NCBI GenBank assembly: GCA_050633245.1
Contig: JBOEGD010000014.1
Location: forward strand, 1-64,000
Source: Calditrichia bacterium
GTDB taxonomy: Bacteria; Calditrichota; Calditrichia; RBG-13-44-9; J075
Length of the DNA stretch: 64,000 bases
Reading direction: 5' to 3'
The notes under the pieces were generated by a model. The model made no database searches, was not told the origin of the DNA, and worked only from the letters and a program-made list of their open reading frames with translations. This document shows positions 8,023 to 17,932 of this stretch, piece by piece; positions within the stretch are counted from its first letter, which is position 1, and each line of letters opens with the position of its first letter. Both the position numbers and the translations under genes were made by a program.

Positions 8023-8781
8023 ATGCCGACACTTAACAACAAACCATTTTTTCTTATCCTCTTTTGTTTATGCGCGAGTTCTGCTTTTGCACAGGAACTC
8101 ACAATTGCAGTGGCAGCAAATGCTCGTTATGCAATAGAAGAAATTGCTAAACAGTTTCAGGATTCCACAGGTATTGCAACGCGTTGCGTAGTCGCATCTT
8201 CGGGAAAGCTGTCTGCGCAAATTCGAAGCGGAGCACCGTTTGACGTTTTTTTATCCGCAGACACGACTTATCCCGCCAAACTGATACAAGACGGCTTTGC
8301 CGTGGCGCCGCTCCATCTTTACGCAAAAGGTGAACTCATCCTTTGGTCAACCACTGCCGGCAGCAGCGAGCAATTACGAGAGCGATTTAAAGATCCTGCC
8401 ACGCGAATCGCTCTCGCAAACCCTCGCACAGCACCATACGGAAGGGCCGCCGAAGATATTATGAGTGCAACATTCACTTCAAAGAGCAATTCACCAAAGC
8501 GAATCTATGGCAGTAGCATCTCTCAGGTAAATCAGTATGTATTCTCAGGGGTTGTAGACGCTGGATTTACCGCAAAATCTACCCTGTATCCTCTTTCAGC
8601 GAAGGCCTCCGGATGCTGGATCGATTTCCCAAAAGGGAGTTATTCACCTATTGTTCAAGGTGCCGTTTTAATACATCCTAAAAAGCAAGCATCGGTCGCT
8701 CAGGCGCAGGAATTCTTAACGTATCTTTCTTCTTCGGAAGCCAGAAGCATTTTACAAAAGTTTGGTTATCATTTTGAATAG
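8023..8781 (+). CDS. modA: Molybdate ABC transporter substrate-binding protein
   Basis: Signal peptide; AVAAN, ASSGKLSAQIRSGAPFDVFLSAD, ANPRTAPYGRAA. Confidence 0.93.
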   Translation: MPTLNNKPFFLILFCLCASSAFAQELTIAVAANARYAIEEIAKQFQDSTGIATRCVVASSGKLSAQIRSGAPFDVFLSADTTYPAKLIQDGFAVAPLHLYAKGELILWSTTAGSSEQLRERFKDPATRIALANPRTAPYGRAAEDIMSATFTSKSNSPKRIYGSSISQVNQYVFSGVVDAGFTAKSTLYPLSAKASGCWIDFPKGSYSPIVQGAVLIHPKKQASVAQAQEFLTYLSSSEARSILQKFGYHFE

Positions 8782-9187
8782 ACTCCTGGCAAGAATAGAA
8801 TCGGTTAAATCCGGCGAAAACCTGTCACGGGTTTCGGCAAAATGCGGAAATGTCTCATTCGGTTGCGTGGTCTTGGAAACCTCAGATTCCACTCCCTATC
8901 TTAAACAGGGGGAAATGATTGAACTCCTCTTTAAAGAAACAGAAGTAGCAGTAGCAGTAGACTTTCAGGGAGAGATCAGCATGAGTAACCAAATCCCGGC
9001 TATAATTGACTCACTCGAGAAACACCCCGTGTTAACGATTTTACACTTGAGACATAAGGCATTTCAGATAAAATCGATCATCACGACGGCATCGGCAGAG
9101 CGTCTAAATCTTCAAGAAGGAAGCGCTGTTACTGCACTAATTAAGGCAAATGAGATATCGATTATGGAGTATAATGGAACCGTTTGA
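8762..9187 (+). CDS. TOBE/Mop molybdate-binding domain protein (start uncertain)
   Basis: Two TOBE repeats (LFKETEV, ISMSNQIPA, IITTASAERLNLQEGSAVTALIKANEI) between modA and modB. Confidence 0.85.
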   Translation: MVIILNRLLARIESVKSGENLSRVSAKCGNVSFGCVVLETSDSTPYLKQGEMIELLFKETEVAVAVDFQGEISMSNQIPAIIDSLEKHPVLTILHLRHKAFQIKSIITTASAERLNLQEGSAVTALIKANEISIMEYNGTV

Positions 9188-9848
9188 CTGGAATCCGCTG
9201 CTACTCACCTTCAAACTTGCCGGCATTACCACACTTGTCTTGCTGATTGTGGGTATTCCGATTGCCTACGGCCTTTCAGTTTGGCAATCGCGCTGGTCGA
9301 ATCTGATTCAGACGTTAATTAGCATGCCGTTGGTCTTACCTCCAACCGTTCTTGGTTTTTATCTACTCTTGGCATTTAACCCAAATGGTTGGTTGGGCAG
9401 CTTCCTGGAATCCTGGTTTGGTCTGCGCCTCGTGTTTACCTTCGAAGGTCTTGTTGTCGCTTCGCTAATTTACAGCATGCCATTTATGGTTAACCCGGTA
9501 CAAAACGGTTTCAGCACTTTACCGGGCGCGCTTCGTGAAGCCTCTTTCACCCTTGGTAAATCTCATTTTCAGACATTCTTCAAGGTCCTGCTGCCAAATA
9601 TTCGTCCGGCAATAATCAGCGGAGCTGTTTTAAGCTTCGCACATACTATTGGTGAGTTTGGCGTCATTCTAATGATTGGCGGCAGTATTCCCGGTGAAAC
9701 TTTGGTTGGCTCTATTGCCATTTACAATGAAGTTGAAGTGTTGAATTATGGCAACGCACATCGCTATGCGCTGATTTTGTTCATCATCTGTTTTTGTTTT
9801 CTATTCTCCGTCTATTATTTTAATCGCCGACAGGTAAGAGCCTTCTGA
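9174..9848 (+). CDS. modB: Molybdate ABC transporter permease
   Basis: MPLVLPPTVLGFYLL, LREASFTLG (EAA loop), FAHTIGEFG. Confidence 0.95.
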   Translation: MEPFDWNPLLLTFKLAGITTLVLLIVGIPIAYGLSVWQSRWSNLIQTLISMPLVLPPTVLGFYLLLAFNPNGWLGSFLESWFGLRLVFTFEGLVVASLIYSMPFMVNPVQNGFSTLPGALREASFTLGKSHFQTFFKVLLPNIRPAIISGAVLSFAHTIGEFGVILMIGGSIPGETLVGSIAIYNEVEVLNYGNAHRYALILFIICFCFLFSVYYFNRRQVRAF

Positions 9849-10723
9849 TGATCGAACTAAATATCCAGAAAACACTCTCAGACGGCAGCAGCGAGTTTAA
9901 GTTAAGACTTTCTCTGGAGATCATCTCCGGGGCGTTTATCGCGATCTACGGGCCTTCCGGGGCCGGTAAAACCACTTTTCTCAGGTTGCTCGCCGGTCTG
10001 GAACAGCCCGATAGCGGCACTATTATTGTTGATGATGAAGAGTGGGTTTCCTCAGAACGCAGTTTGCCGGTGCAGGAACGTTCAATCGGATTCGTATTTC
10101 AGGACTATGCCTTATTTCCAAATATGACCGTGCGGGAAAACCTGCAGTTTGCGGGCAAGAAGAGCAGCGAAGCAATTATTAATGAACTGCTGGACATGAT
10201 GAATATCGAAGATCTTTCGCAACGTATGCCTGCAACCCTTTCCGGCGGGCAAAAGCAGCGTGTTGCGCTTGCAAGAGCGCTCGTTAGGCAACCCAAGCTC
10301 TTGCTATTAGATGAGCCGCTTTCCGCGCTTGATAGGGATATGCGTCGCAGATTACAAGACGATATTCTAAAACTGCACAAGCGCTTCAAGACGACAGCTG
10401 TTTTGGTTAGTCATGATTTAAGTGAAATATTCCGTCTTGCCGATCAGGTCGTTATTCTACAGGATGGGCAAGTTCAACGTAGCGGCAGCGTCTCGGATGT
10501 ATTTATTGGCAAAGAGTTCAGTGGCAAGTTTCGCTTTCAGGGCGAGGTACTGCATATCGAGCAGGCTGATGCCATTTTCATCGTAACTCTCTCAATCGGT
10601 AATCAGCTGGCGAAGGTTGTTGCGACGCCGGAAGAAATTACAAATATCAATATCGGTGATCATGTGCTGGTTTCATCAAAGGCATTTAATCCGTTAATTA
10701 TTCCGCTAAAGAGCCAGATTTAA
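9848..10723 (+). CDS. modC: Molybdate ABC transporter ATP-binding protein
   Basis: GPSGAGKT, LSGGQKQRVALARAL, LLLDEP, C-terminal TOBE domain. Confidence 0.93.
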   Translation: MIELNIQKTLSDGSSEFKLRLSLEIISGAFIAIYGPSGAGKTTFLRLLAGLEQPDSGTIIVDDEEWVSSERSLPVQERSIGFVFQDYALFPNMTVRENLQFAGKKSSEAIINELLDMMNIEDLSQRMPATLSGGQKQRVALARALVRQPKLLLLDEPLSALDRDMRRRLQDDILKLHKRFKTTAVLVSHDLSEIFRLADQVVILQDGQVQRSGSVSDVFIGKEFSGKFRFQGEVLHIEQADAIFIVTLSIGNQLAKVVATPEEITNINIGDHVLVSSKAFNPLIIPLKSQI

Positions 10724-10836
10724 AGCAGACTGGAGCAGTTTTAAAGCAGACTGGAGCAGTTTCCAAAACTGCTCCAGTCTTTTCAAATGAAGCAGTCTTA
10801 GAGCAGATTAGAGCAGTCTTGAAGACTGCTCCAATC
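10721..10836. repeat. REP-like palindromic repeat cluster
   Basis: 21-bp TAAAGCAGACTGGAGCAGTTT x2, then AAACTGCTCCAGTCT (inverted); second degenerate hairpin AGATTAGAGCAGTCTT-G-AAGACTGCTCCAATCT. Confidence 0.8.
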
Positions 10837-10870
10837 TCATTAATCATTCACCGCAAGATTAGAGGATACT

Positions 10871-11245
10871 ATGGAAAACACAACGATACGATTTGGAATT
10901 AGCCTGATTGTTATTGGCGCAGCATCTTATTTTGGCACCGGTATGCAGAGTATCACCGCACTCATCCCATCATTTTTTGGAATTGCTCTGACCGGTTTGG
11001 GCTACCTGGCAACGAGTAAGGAAAGCCTTAAAAAACATGCAATGCACGGGGCAGCAATGGTTGGCCTGCTTGGTTTAATTGGTTCTGCACGTGGCATTCC
11101 CGGCGCGATCACCTTACTTGGCGGTGGCGATGTTGCTCGTCCGCAGGCGGTTATTGTACAAGCACTGATGGCCATTATTATGCTGGTATTTTTGGTGCTC
11201 TGCGTGCGCTCCTTTATGGAAGCACGACGCGAACGTAGCGCCTAG
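10871..11245 (+). CDS. Small four-TM membrane protein
   Basis: Hydrophobic ORF with SITALIP and KHAMH motifs; GAGG RBS. Confidence 0.75.
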   Translation: MENTTIRFGISLIVIGAASYFGTGMQSITALIPSFFGIALTGLGYLATSKESLKKHAMHGAAMVGLLGLIGSARGIPGAITLLGGGDVARPQAVIVQALMAIIMLVFLVLCVRSFMEARRERSA

Positions 11246-11340
11246 ACCTGATTTCTTATACAGTGCGCGAACCGTCATCACGTTTTGATGCCGCGGTTCG
11301 CGTTATATTGTACGACATGCGCTTTATTTTCGGAGGGTTT

Positions 11341-11727
11341 TTGACAAGAGATCAAACACATCGGCATTTATTAATAAGTCTGCTGCTTGCCTTTATTCTG
11401 CAAGGCTGTGCAACATCGCGCTATGTTATGGTCAGAGGAAACAGCAAGACCGTTTCCAGAAAACTTCAGGATCGGCATATCGGCACTACGATATCGATCT
11501 TTGTTAAGAGTGGCAACAAAATAAGCGGTAGATTAGCAAGCTATGATGAATCGTATGTATACCTCGGTGGAGAGCATTCTCAGCCGAGCACGCGTGTTCC
11601 GATTGAGACAATCGACAAGATTCAGCTGGAGAAGATAAATGAAAATAAGCAGGCGGTCTGGGTATTCATTGCTATTCCAATGGCCCTGATTTTTATAAGC
11701 TGGGGCACGGTAGCAGCATTTGACTAA
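11341..11727 (+). CDS. Hypothetical lipoprotein (Sm/LSm-like central region, C-terminal TM helix)
   Basis: GGAGG RBS before TTG 11341; lipobox LQGC; KSGNKISGRLASYDESYVYL. Confidence 0.55.
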   Translation: MTRDQTHRHLLISLLLAFILQGCATSRYVMVRGNSKTVSRKLQDRHIGTTISIFVKSGNKISGRLASYDESYVYLGGEHSQPSTRVPIETIDKIQLEKINENKQAVWVFIAIPMALIFISWGTVAAFD

Positions 11728-12884
11728 ACGATAATTCGCGACACTTCGCTACTTATTCGCGCAAGCACTTCATAGTTAATGGTTCCGCAAAGATCCGCTA
11801 TGCTTTCTGCGGTAATCTCCTCATCGCCTTGCTTACCAAGAAGAACCACTTCGTCTTCCAGCTCGATATCCGGAATATCGGTTACGTCGACCATCATTAA
11901 GTTCATACAAATTCGACCCAGCACAGCAGCTCGCTTACCGCGCACCAATACCACGCCCTGGCTCGACAACCCACGATCATAGCCATCCGAATATCCAACC
12001 GGTAAAACTGCAACCCGCGTCTTACGCGTCGTTTTAAAGGTACGACCATAGCCAATAGTACAATCCGGCTCTACCCATTTCAGCTGACCAATTCGCGTTT
12101 TCCAGGTGAGTACCGGACGCAGCTTGCTATCTACTTTGAAAAACTTTTTCCCCTGATAAGAGACGCGGGTTTCTTTTGAAGGCCAAACGCCATATTGCCC
12201 CAGCCCCAAACGCACCATATCCATATGCGTTTCGTGAAACAGTAAAATCGCAGCCGTGCAGGCCATGTGTTGCTTAATAATTGGAAAGCCTGATTTATGA
12301 ATCATGTCGATCATTTGCCGAAAGCGATACTTCTGAAAGTCGGCAAATTCATGCGAGGTTGTGTCTTCTACATTAGCAAAATGGGTATAGACCGATTCGA
12401 ATAGTATGCCTGGTGTTTCGCGCAGTCGCTGTACGTACCACTCCAGTTCATCCTGATCGACGCCATGACGATTGGTGCCGGTTTCCAGCTTTAGATGGAT
12501 TCGCGCCAGCTTGCTGCGATTCGCGGTTAGCTTATGTAATGCCTCAACCGTCTCGCGATTAAATACGGCGAGACGCAGGTTATGCTCAACAACCTCATCC
12601 AGGTTAGATATGGGAACATGTCCCATAACCAGAATATTTTGATTAAACCCGGCGCGCCGCAATCGCAGTGCTTCATCGAGGGAATGAACACAGAAAGAGT
12701 CGGCGCCATGCTTGGCCGCCAAACGAGCAATAGACTGCCAGCCATGACCATAGGCATTGGCCTTCAGCACCACAGAAAGCTCCGGTTTGGAGCCGATAAT
12801 TTTTCGGAAAAACTTTAAGTTGTTGGCATAGGCGGATTCGGAGATCTCCACCCAGGTGTTTTGTAAGAATCGCGTTTCTACCAT
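11724..12884 (-). CDS. alr: Alanine racemase
   Basis: VLKANAYGHG (PLP Lys), HLKLETGTNRHG, YTHFA, IGYGRTF, GYSDGYDR, GRICMN, GTINYEV. Confidence 0.97.
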   Translation of the reverse strand: MVETRFLQNTWVEISESAYANNLKFFRKIIGSKPELSVVLKANAYGHGWQSIARLAAKHGADSFCVHSLDEALRLRRAGFNQNILVMGHVPISNLDEVVEHNLRLAVFNRETVEALHKLTANRSKLARIHLKLETGTNRHGVDQDELEWYVQRLRETPGILFESVYTHFANVEDTTSHEFADFQKYRFRQMIDMIHKSGFPIIKQHMACTAAILLFHETHMDMVRLGLGQYGVWPSKETRVSYQGKKFFKVDSKLRPVLTWKTRIGQLKWVEPDCTIGYGRTFKTTRKTRVAVLPVGYSDGYDRGLSSQGVVLVRGKRAAVLGRICMNLMMVDVTDIPDIELEDEVVLLGKQGDEEITAESIADLCGTINYEVLARISSEVSRIIV

Positions 12885-12991
12885 TTTCTTATTCCGTAAG
12901 CTTCCCTGCATCGATTCATGTAAGTATAAACTTACTACACCTGTCTTTTGTTTGGCTTAGCAGCCGTCACATCTGCAAAAAATTATTGAGC

Positions 12992-14839
12992 TTAGTCGAA
13001 CAATGTCCAGTCGACTCCCAGCTTAAACACCAGAAAGCTATCGCTTACGCCGCGGACAAAAGTATAATCGTCGCGTAACAGGTTTTCCCAAATAAAAAAT
13101 ATGGCAGCATCACGAAAATAGGACTGCAGGCGAGCACTGGAGATCAAATTACTCACTTCGGCTTCAAAGGTAGGGTGATAAAGCATTAACACTCGATTAA
13201 ATGACAAAGGTCGATAATCATCAATGTACCGGAATGAAGCTGAGCCGTCCAGAGGGAACGTCTCCCCGAACAGATCAAGTGAAAAATTTACAGAAGAGGC
13301 CATATCCAGTCTACCAGCAAAGTGAGGCGAGTTATTACCTGAGAACCAGGTCGCATTATGCTGCAGATGAATGGCTTTCCAGGTAAGCGAGAGGTTTCCC
13401 CTAACACCGGAGCCATCATGTCCACCGGATGATACCGTTGCAGAAGGTAATCCAAAAAATGCGGGATATCCTACATCTTGGTAAAATGGAGTAATGCTCA
13501 CTAAGACATTTGATGACTTCCAGCCGAAAGTCGCACTTAATTCTTTCTGCTCAAGCAAGTCATTGCCACCATAAGCACCGACCGTGGAAGTATCATCTAC
13601 GGTGCGCCACAACAGTGGCGCAGCACGCGGACGAATTGCCGCCTCCGCTTCAAAAAAACCTTTACCTGAGGCAGAGGTCATTTTTAATATCGCACTGCCA
13701 GAGAAGGCATTGCCGAATTTGCTATGGCGATACAGCCCGGCCTGAATGTCAAGCATTGCCTGGCCTTTTTTCTTTTCCAGAGCAAACCCGACATAGCCGT
13801 CCCACTCATTCGCTTCTGTAAAGTTAGTGTCGGCAGATAAGCCAATGTGGCTGCCATTCACCTTGATGCCACTCATCCAATCACCATTGCCTATAAAATA
13901 AGCCAGTGACGCACCGGGAAGCTGGTAGCGATTATTGCGTCGCACCGCCGTTTGCACAAAGCGATCTTCAATCGTGGTGTATTCCGGCACAAACTCCAGC
14001 GAATCAGACGAGCCAAATTTCCCACGCAGACGCATCCACGCTTCGTGATTCACCTGCTTAAAGCCCTCACGCACCTGCGAACCGCCCGCTCCGGAAATCG
14101 TTAACGCCTCCGGCTCCAGATTGTAGCGATGTCGCAGCTGCCAATAGAAGAAGTCCGCCGACCAGTTGTCGGAAAAACGCGTAGAAAGCTGCGCATTATA
14201 GGTATAAAGTGAGAACTGTGAATAGCCCGATGCAACGGAACCGTCTCCGGTAAAGTTTGTTCCGGCAAGCTGTAGATAGGTATTGGGTGAAAGCCGCTGC
14301 GCAAAATTAACGTCCAGATAGTTTAGATCCAGAACGTAATCTTGCGAGAAAAGAATCGTACTTTCCGGCTTGTTCGATGTCGGTTCCCGAGCTTCCAGCA
14401 GCTCGCTTGTGCCTGCCGGTGATACGCTGCGACTGCCAATACGATGCGGCGACAACAACTGCTGATTGCGATAGCCAAAGAATGGGTTGCGCAAACGATG
14501 TCCGGCAAAGGATTGTTCGAGGCCACCGACGGGCAACCCGCGTATAGACAACGCATTTAAGCGACCGCGCTGTAACAGTGAAATCGGGAGATTATCGGAA
14601 TATTGAAGACGATGTTCTTCTTCGGTGAGCACGCCAAAGGTCGCACCCTTTTCGGCAGCATTACGCTTTACAATAGCCGCTCCCGGAGGAATCTTAACCG
14701 CAGCTGCCGCGCGTAAGGCCGAGTCTGCCTGAACGGTCGCCGGCTTAATGTCTTCCATTTCCTGAGCAAAAACAGTAAAGCTAACCAGCAGGGACAATAG
14801 ACACAGCCGTGCACTGCATATAGTTTTTTGTTTTAACAT
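12992..14839 (-). CDS. Outer-membrane beta-barrel protein (putative porin/receptor)
   Basis: Signal peptide, alternating beta-strands, C-terminal FIWENLL...FKLGVDWTLFD. Confidence 0.65.
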   Translation of the reverse strand: MLKQKTICSARLCLLSLLVSFTVFAQEMEDIKPATVQADSALRAAAAVKIPPGAAIVKRNAAEKGATFGVLTEEEHRLQYSDNLPISLLQRGRLNALSIRGLPVGGLEQSFAGHRLRNPFFGYRNQQLLSPHRIGSRSVSPAGTSELLEAREPTSNKPESTILFSQDYVLDLNYLDVNFAQRLSPNTYLQLAGTNFTGDGSVASGYSQFSLYTYNAQLSTRFSDNWSADFFYWQLRHRYNLEPEALTISGAGGSQVREGFKQVNHEAWMRLRGKFGSSDSLEFVPEYTTIEDRFVQTAVRRNNRYQLPGASLAYFIGNGDWMSGIKVNGSHIGLSADTNFTEANEWDGYVGFALEKKKGQAMLDIQAGLYRHSKFGNAFSGSAILKMTSASGKGFFEAEAAIRPRAAPLLWRTVDDTSTVGAYGGNDLLEQKELSATFGWKSSNVLVSITPFYQDVGYPAFFGLPSATVSSGGHDGSGVRGNLSLTWKAIHLQHNATWFSGNNSPHFAGRLDMASSVNFSLDLFGETFPLDGSASFRYIDDYRPLSFNRVLMLYHPTFEAEVSNLISSARLQSYFRDAAIFFIWENLLRDDYTFVRGVSDSFLVFKLGVDWTLFD

Positions 14840-14936
14840 GCTTATTCAACACCGGGATTAGAAGATGGTTTCGCGCCCCGAAACCGGGCGGAGAAATATA
14901 GGCTTTGCGAGGAGGTAAATAAAAGCGGAAAGATGG

Positions 14937-14968
14937 AAAAAAGACTGCGGAGCACCTGCACCGCAGTC
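14937..14968 (-). terminator. Rho-independent terminator
   Basis: GACTGCGG/CCGCAGTC stem followed by a U-run on the minus strand. Confidence 0.7.
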
Positions 14969-14984
14969 ATAAAACAAAGGCAAC

Positions 14985-15599
14985 CTAGAAAGAGACACCG
15001 AGCATCGCAGCGAAGACATTATTCTTAACATCACCTTCAAGCAGGGGATCATCATTAATATTTGAAAGACCACGCATATAGCGTAAATCAATGATAAATT
15101 TTGTGCCGGCAGCACCAAGGGCAAGATCAATACCAACTGCAAAAGCCACATCCAGCCCTTTAACATCTTCTTTTAAATCTTCCGTCTCGCCCTCGAATTC
15201 ACCTTCTGCCTTCAAGTTAAAGCCAAAAACTGGTCCTAAATAAAATGACGGCGTGGCCGGAGCCGGTGTAGCAAGCTGCAGTTTCACCAGAACAGGAACA
15301 TCGATATAACTAAAGTTAAGGCTGGCTTCGCCGGAATCGCTATCTGCAGAGGCACCTTTTTGGATAAACAGACCTTCAATCTGAAAACCTAACGGTCCCA
15401 ACGGATCGATTTCAAGAAAGGCACCACCAAGAAAACCGGTGCGATTTTTAAACGCATCATCGATGACATTTTCTGAGAAACTGACTTTGGCAATTGTTAT
15501 TCCGCCTTTAATACCGGGATTTATCGATAACTGTGCGAACATACTTCCAGAAAGCAAAAGGGCAAAAATAATAGTCAATATAGATACAGGGCGTTTCAT
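14985..15599 (-). CDS. PorT-like / OMP_b-brl_2 outer-membrane beta-barrel
   Basis: Signal peptide; GIKGGITIA, FQIEGLFIQKG, YIDVPVLVK, IDLRYMRGLSNI, terminal Phe. Confidence 0.85.
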   Translation of the reverse strand: MKRPVSILTIIFALLLSGSMFAQLSINPGIKGGITIAKVSFSENVIDDAFKNRTGFLGGAFLEIDPLGPLGFQIEGLFIQKGASADSDSGEASLNFSYIDVPVLVKLQLATPAPATPSFYLGPVFGFNLKAEGEFEGETEDLKEDVKGLDVAFAVGIDLALGAAGTKFIIDLRYMRGLSNINDDPLLEGDVKNNVFAAMLGVSF

Positions 15600-15753
15600 A
15601 CGTCCCCCTTCAGTCTTTTGAAAAAAGTTTGTTTAGGTGGATTATCAAAAACATATATTCAGCTTGAATGGAAACAAAGGCAATAAAAAAATACCGAGCG
15701 GTGATGTAATACATCTCCTCCCGGTAGAATTTTTATAAAAATGCAAATATTTT

Positions 15754-17748
15754 CTATTTTGCAGACTGCTTTGCCAACACGCGTTCTATTTTTTTCAAGA
15801 AATCGTGAATGGAAAATGGCTTCAGAATAACGCCGGCCGCGCCATTTTCCAATAGTTGGCCAACCTCCTGCACTTCGCGCATTCCGGTAGCAATAATAAC
15901 CGGGACATCTGGTTTGATATGCTGCAATTGACTAAAGATTTCCGTACCATCCGGCCCCGGCATTAACAGATCCAGAATGACCAGATCGATACGCTCACCG
16001 TGCTGGCGAAAGATTTCAAGTCCACTAAGACCATCTTCTGCAAGCAATAGCTCATATCCGCGGCGAACCAATAAGTCCCGCGCCAGATCGCGAATGGTTT
16101 CTTCATCCTCTATCAACAAAACGGTTCCCGCAGTTGCCTTATCTTTATCCGGAACGGCTTTATGCACCTTGAGATCGACTCCATCGAGCTGTGCACATGG
16201 CAGGTATATTCGAAACGTACTGCCACGACCGACAGTACTCTCGACCTGAAGATGACCACGGTGATTACAAATAATTCCATAAGTAAGAGACAGACCAAGG
16301 CCAATGTTCCCGGGGGATCGGCGCGTTGTATAGAAGGGCTCATAGATCTTATCAATTTGATTTGCAGGTATGCCACAGCCTTCATCAACAATTTCCATTA
16401 CGATACCCAACGGCTCCTGCAAACGGCTAAAGGCTGGCTCAACAACTTTTTCCTGCAGGCGCTTACACCGTACGGTGATTTTCCCGGTCAACCCCTCCAT
16501 CGCTTCAATGGCATTGCGTAAGAGGTGAGTAATGCCCTGCTCCAGCTGAAGTGGATCGGCCTCTATTACGGGCGAAAAATCCATTTCTTCCAGCGCTATA
16601 GTCACAGATTCCGGAACGCTCTGCTCCACCGTGTTGATAACATTTTGCAGAAACCGATTGACTTTTAATTCTCGCATGTCGCGATTACCAACGCGAGCAA
16701 GGCCGAGCAATCTGGAGGTTAAATCGATACCGCGTCGGGTAGCTTTTTCAACTGCAGTCATGTACTGATAAGCAGAGGATGAGGGCTCGACGGCGTCTTT
16801 GGTCATTGAACTGTAGCCGACAATACCGGTAAGCAAATTGTTAAAATCATGTGCTATTCCACCGGCAAGACGACTAATGCTTTCCATCTTGCTATCCTGC
16901 ATTACTTTCTGCTGCCTTTTTCGTCTGGCGGTTACGTCGTGCATAATCCCGTTAAAAGCGATCAAATTGCCATCTACATCTTTATAGGCGTGGATATTCA
17001 CGATCAATCGGTGCAGGGATTTTGATGCAGATCGAAGGGTAATTTCGAAGTCTTTAACTATAGCCTTCGATCGCAATCGTTCAAGCATATAGTGCCAGCT
17101 TTTCGGATTCTCAAACCAATTGCCAAGCGTTATATCAGCAGACAGTTCGCCAGAAGGAATTCCGAGCAGCTTTCTTCCGGCCGGATTAATATCTATCAAC
17201 ATGCCGTTTGGGCAAATTCGAAAAATGGTCTCATGAGAATCGCGAAAAAGCTGCCGGTACATAGTTTCCGAAAGCTGAAGTTCTTCTTCAGCGCGACGCC
17301 TGGCAGTCACATCTTTTAAGATAAAGATGGCGCCTTGAAGTCCACCAGAAGTCTCGATCAGTGGCGTTGCACTACACTCCACATATCGTTTGCCAAGATG
17401 CGTGGAAACAAGAACCCGTTCCATTCCGGTAAGACTCAAACCTTCGCGTAGCGCAATCGATAGCAAGTCGGAAACTCGATTGTTTACGTCTGGCTCGTGC
17501 ACCGCAAGCAGGTCGTGAAAGTTTTTACCGGTTATCTCGTTAACTTTACGGCCAAACAGCTGCTCGGCCAATGAGTTAACATAGGTAATTACCCCGCCGC
17601 TGTTTGTTGCAACCGCAGGCTCGCCGACCGTATCGAGGGTTTGTGCCAGCCAGTTTGTATCACCGGCTAAAGATTTTTGGAAGCTTTCATCAGCTGTCAA
17701 TTCAGACTCCATCCCATGTTCATTAATTCGTATAAACACACGCTCCAT
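15754..17748 (-). CDS. Hybrid sensor histidine kinase (PAS-PAS-HisKA-HATPase-REC)
   Basis: LAGGIAHDFNNLL H-box, NAIEAM, DEGCGI, FYTTR, GLGLS, receiver DLVILDLLMP...KPF. Confidence 0.95.
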   Translation of the reverse strand: MERVFIRINEHGMESELTADESFQKSLAGDTNWLAQTLDTVGEPAVATNSGGVITYVNSLAEQLFGRKVNEITGKNFHDLLAVHEPDVNNRVSDLLSIALREGLSLTGMERVLVSTHLGKRYVECSATPLIETSGGLQGAIFILKDVTARRRAEEELQLSETMYRQLFRDSHETIFRICPNGMLIDINPAGRKLLGIPSGELSADITLGNWFENPKSWHYMLERLRSKAIVKDFEITLRSASKSLHRLIVNIHAYKDVDGNLIAFNGIMHDVTARRKRQQKVMQDSKMESISRLAGGIAHDFNNLLTGIVGYSSMTKDAVEPSSSAYQYMTAVEKATRRGIDLTSRLLGLARVGNRDMRELKVNRFLQNVINTVEQSVPESVTIALEEMDFSPVIEADPLQLEQGITHLLRNAIEAMEGLTGKITVRCKRLQEKVVEPAFSRLQEPLGIVMEIVDEGCGIPANQIDKIYEPFYTTRRSPGNIGLGLSLTYGIICNHRGHLQVESTVGRGSTFRIYLPCAQLDGVDLKVHKAVPDKDKATAGTVLLIEDEETIRDLARDLLVRRGYELLLAEDGLSGLEIFRQHGERIDLVILDLLMPGPDGTEIFSQLQHIKPDVPVIIATGMREVQEVGQLLENGAAGVILKPFSIHDFLKKIERVLAKQSAK

Positions 17749-17875
17749 CGGTTAATCCTGGGAGGAAACCAAGGGAGGACACAACTCCATAAAAAAGGGA
17801 AACTAAAAATGATCAGTATAGCAAATGCATGGCGCTAGCTAGAAACTATCGTCGATGGGGTAAGCGCTTCTGTAA

Positions 17876-17902
17876 TAATCGGCTGAGGTTGTAACAAGTT
17901 TA
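17876..17902 (-). promoter_or_regulatory. Sigma28-type promoter upstream of the hybrid kinase
   Basis: TAAA-N15-GCCGATTA on the minus strand. Confidence 0.65.
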
Positions 17903-17932
17903 GAAAAAGTTAAAAAAAAATCGGGGAAGAAA

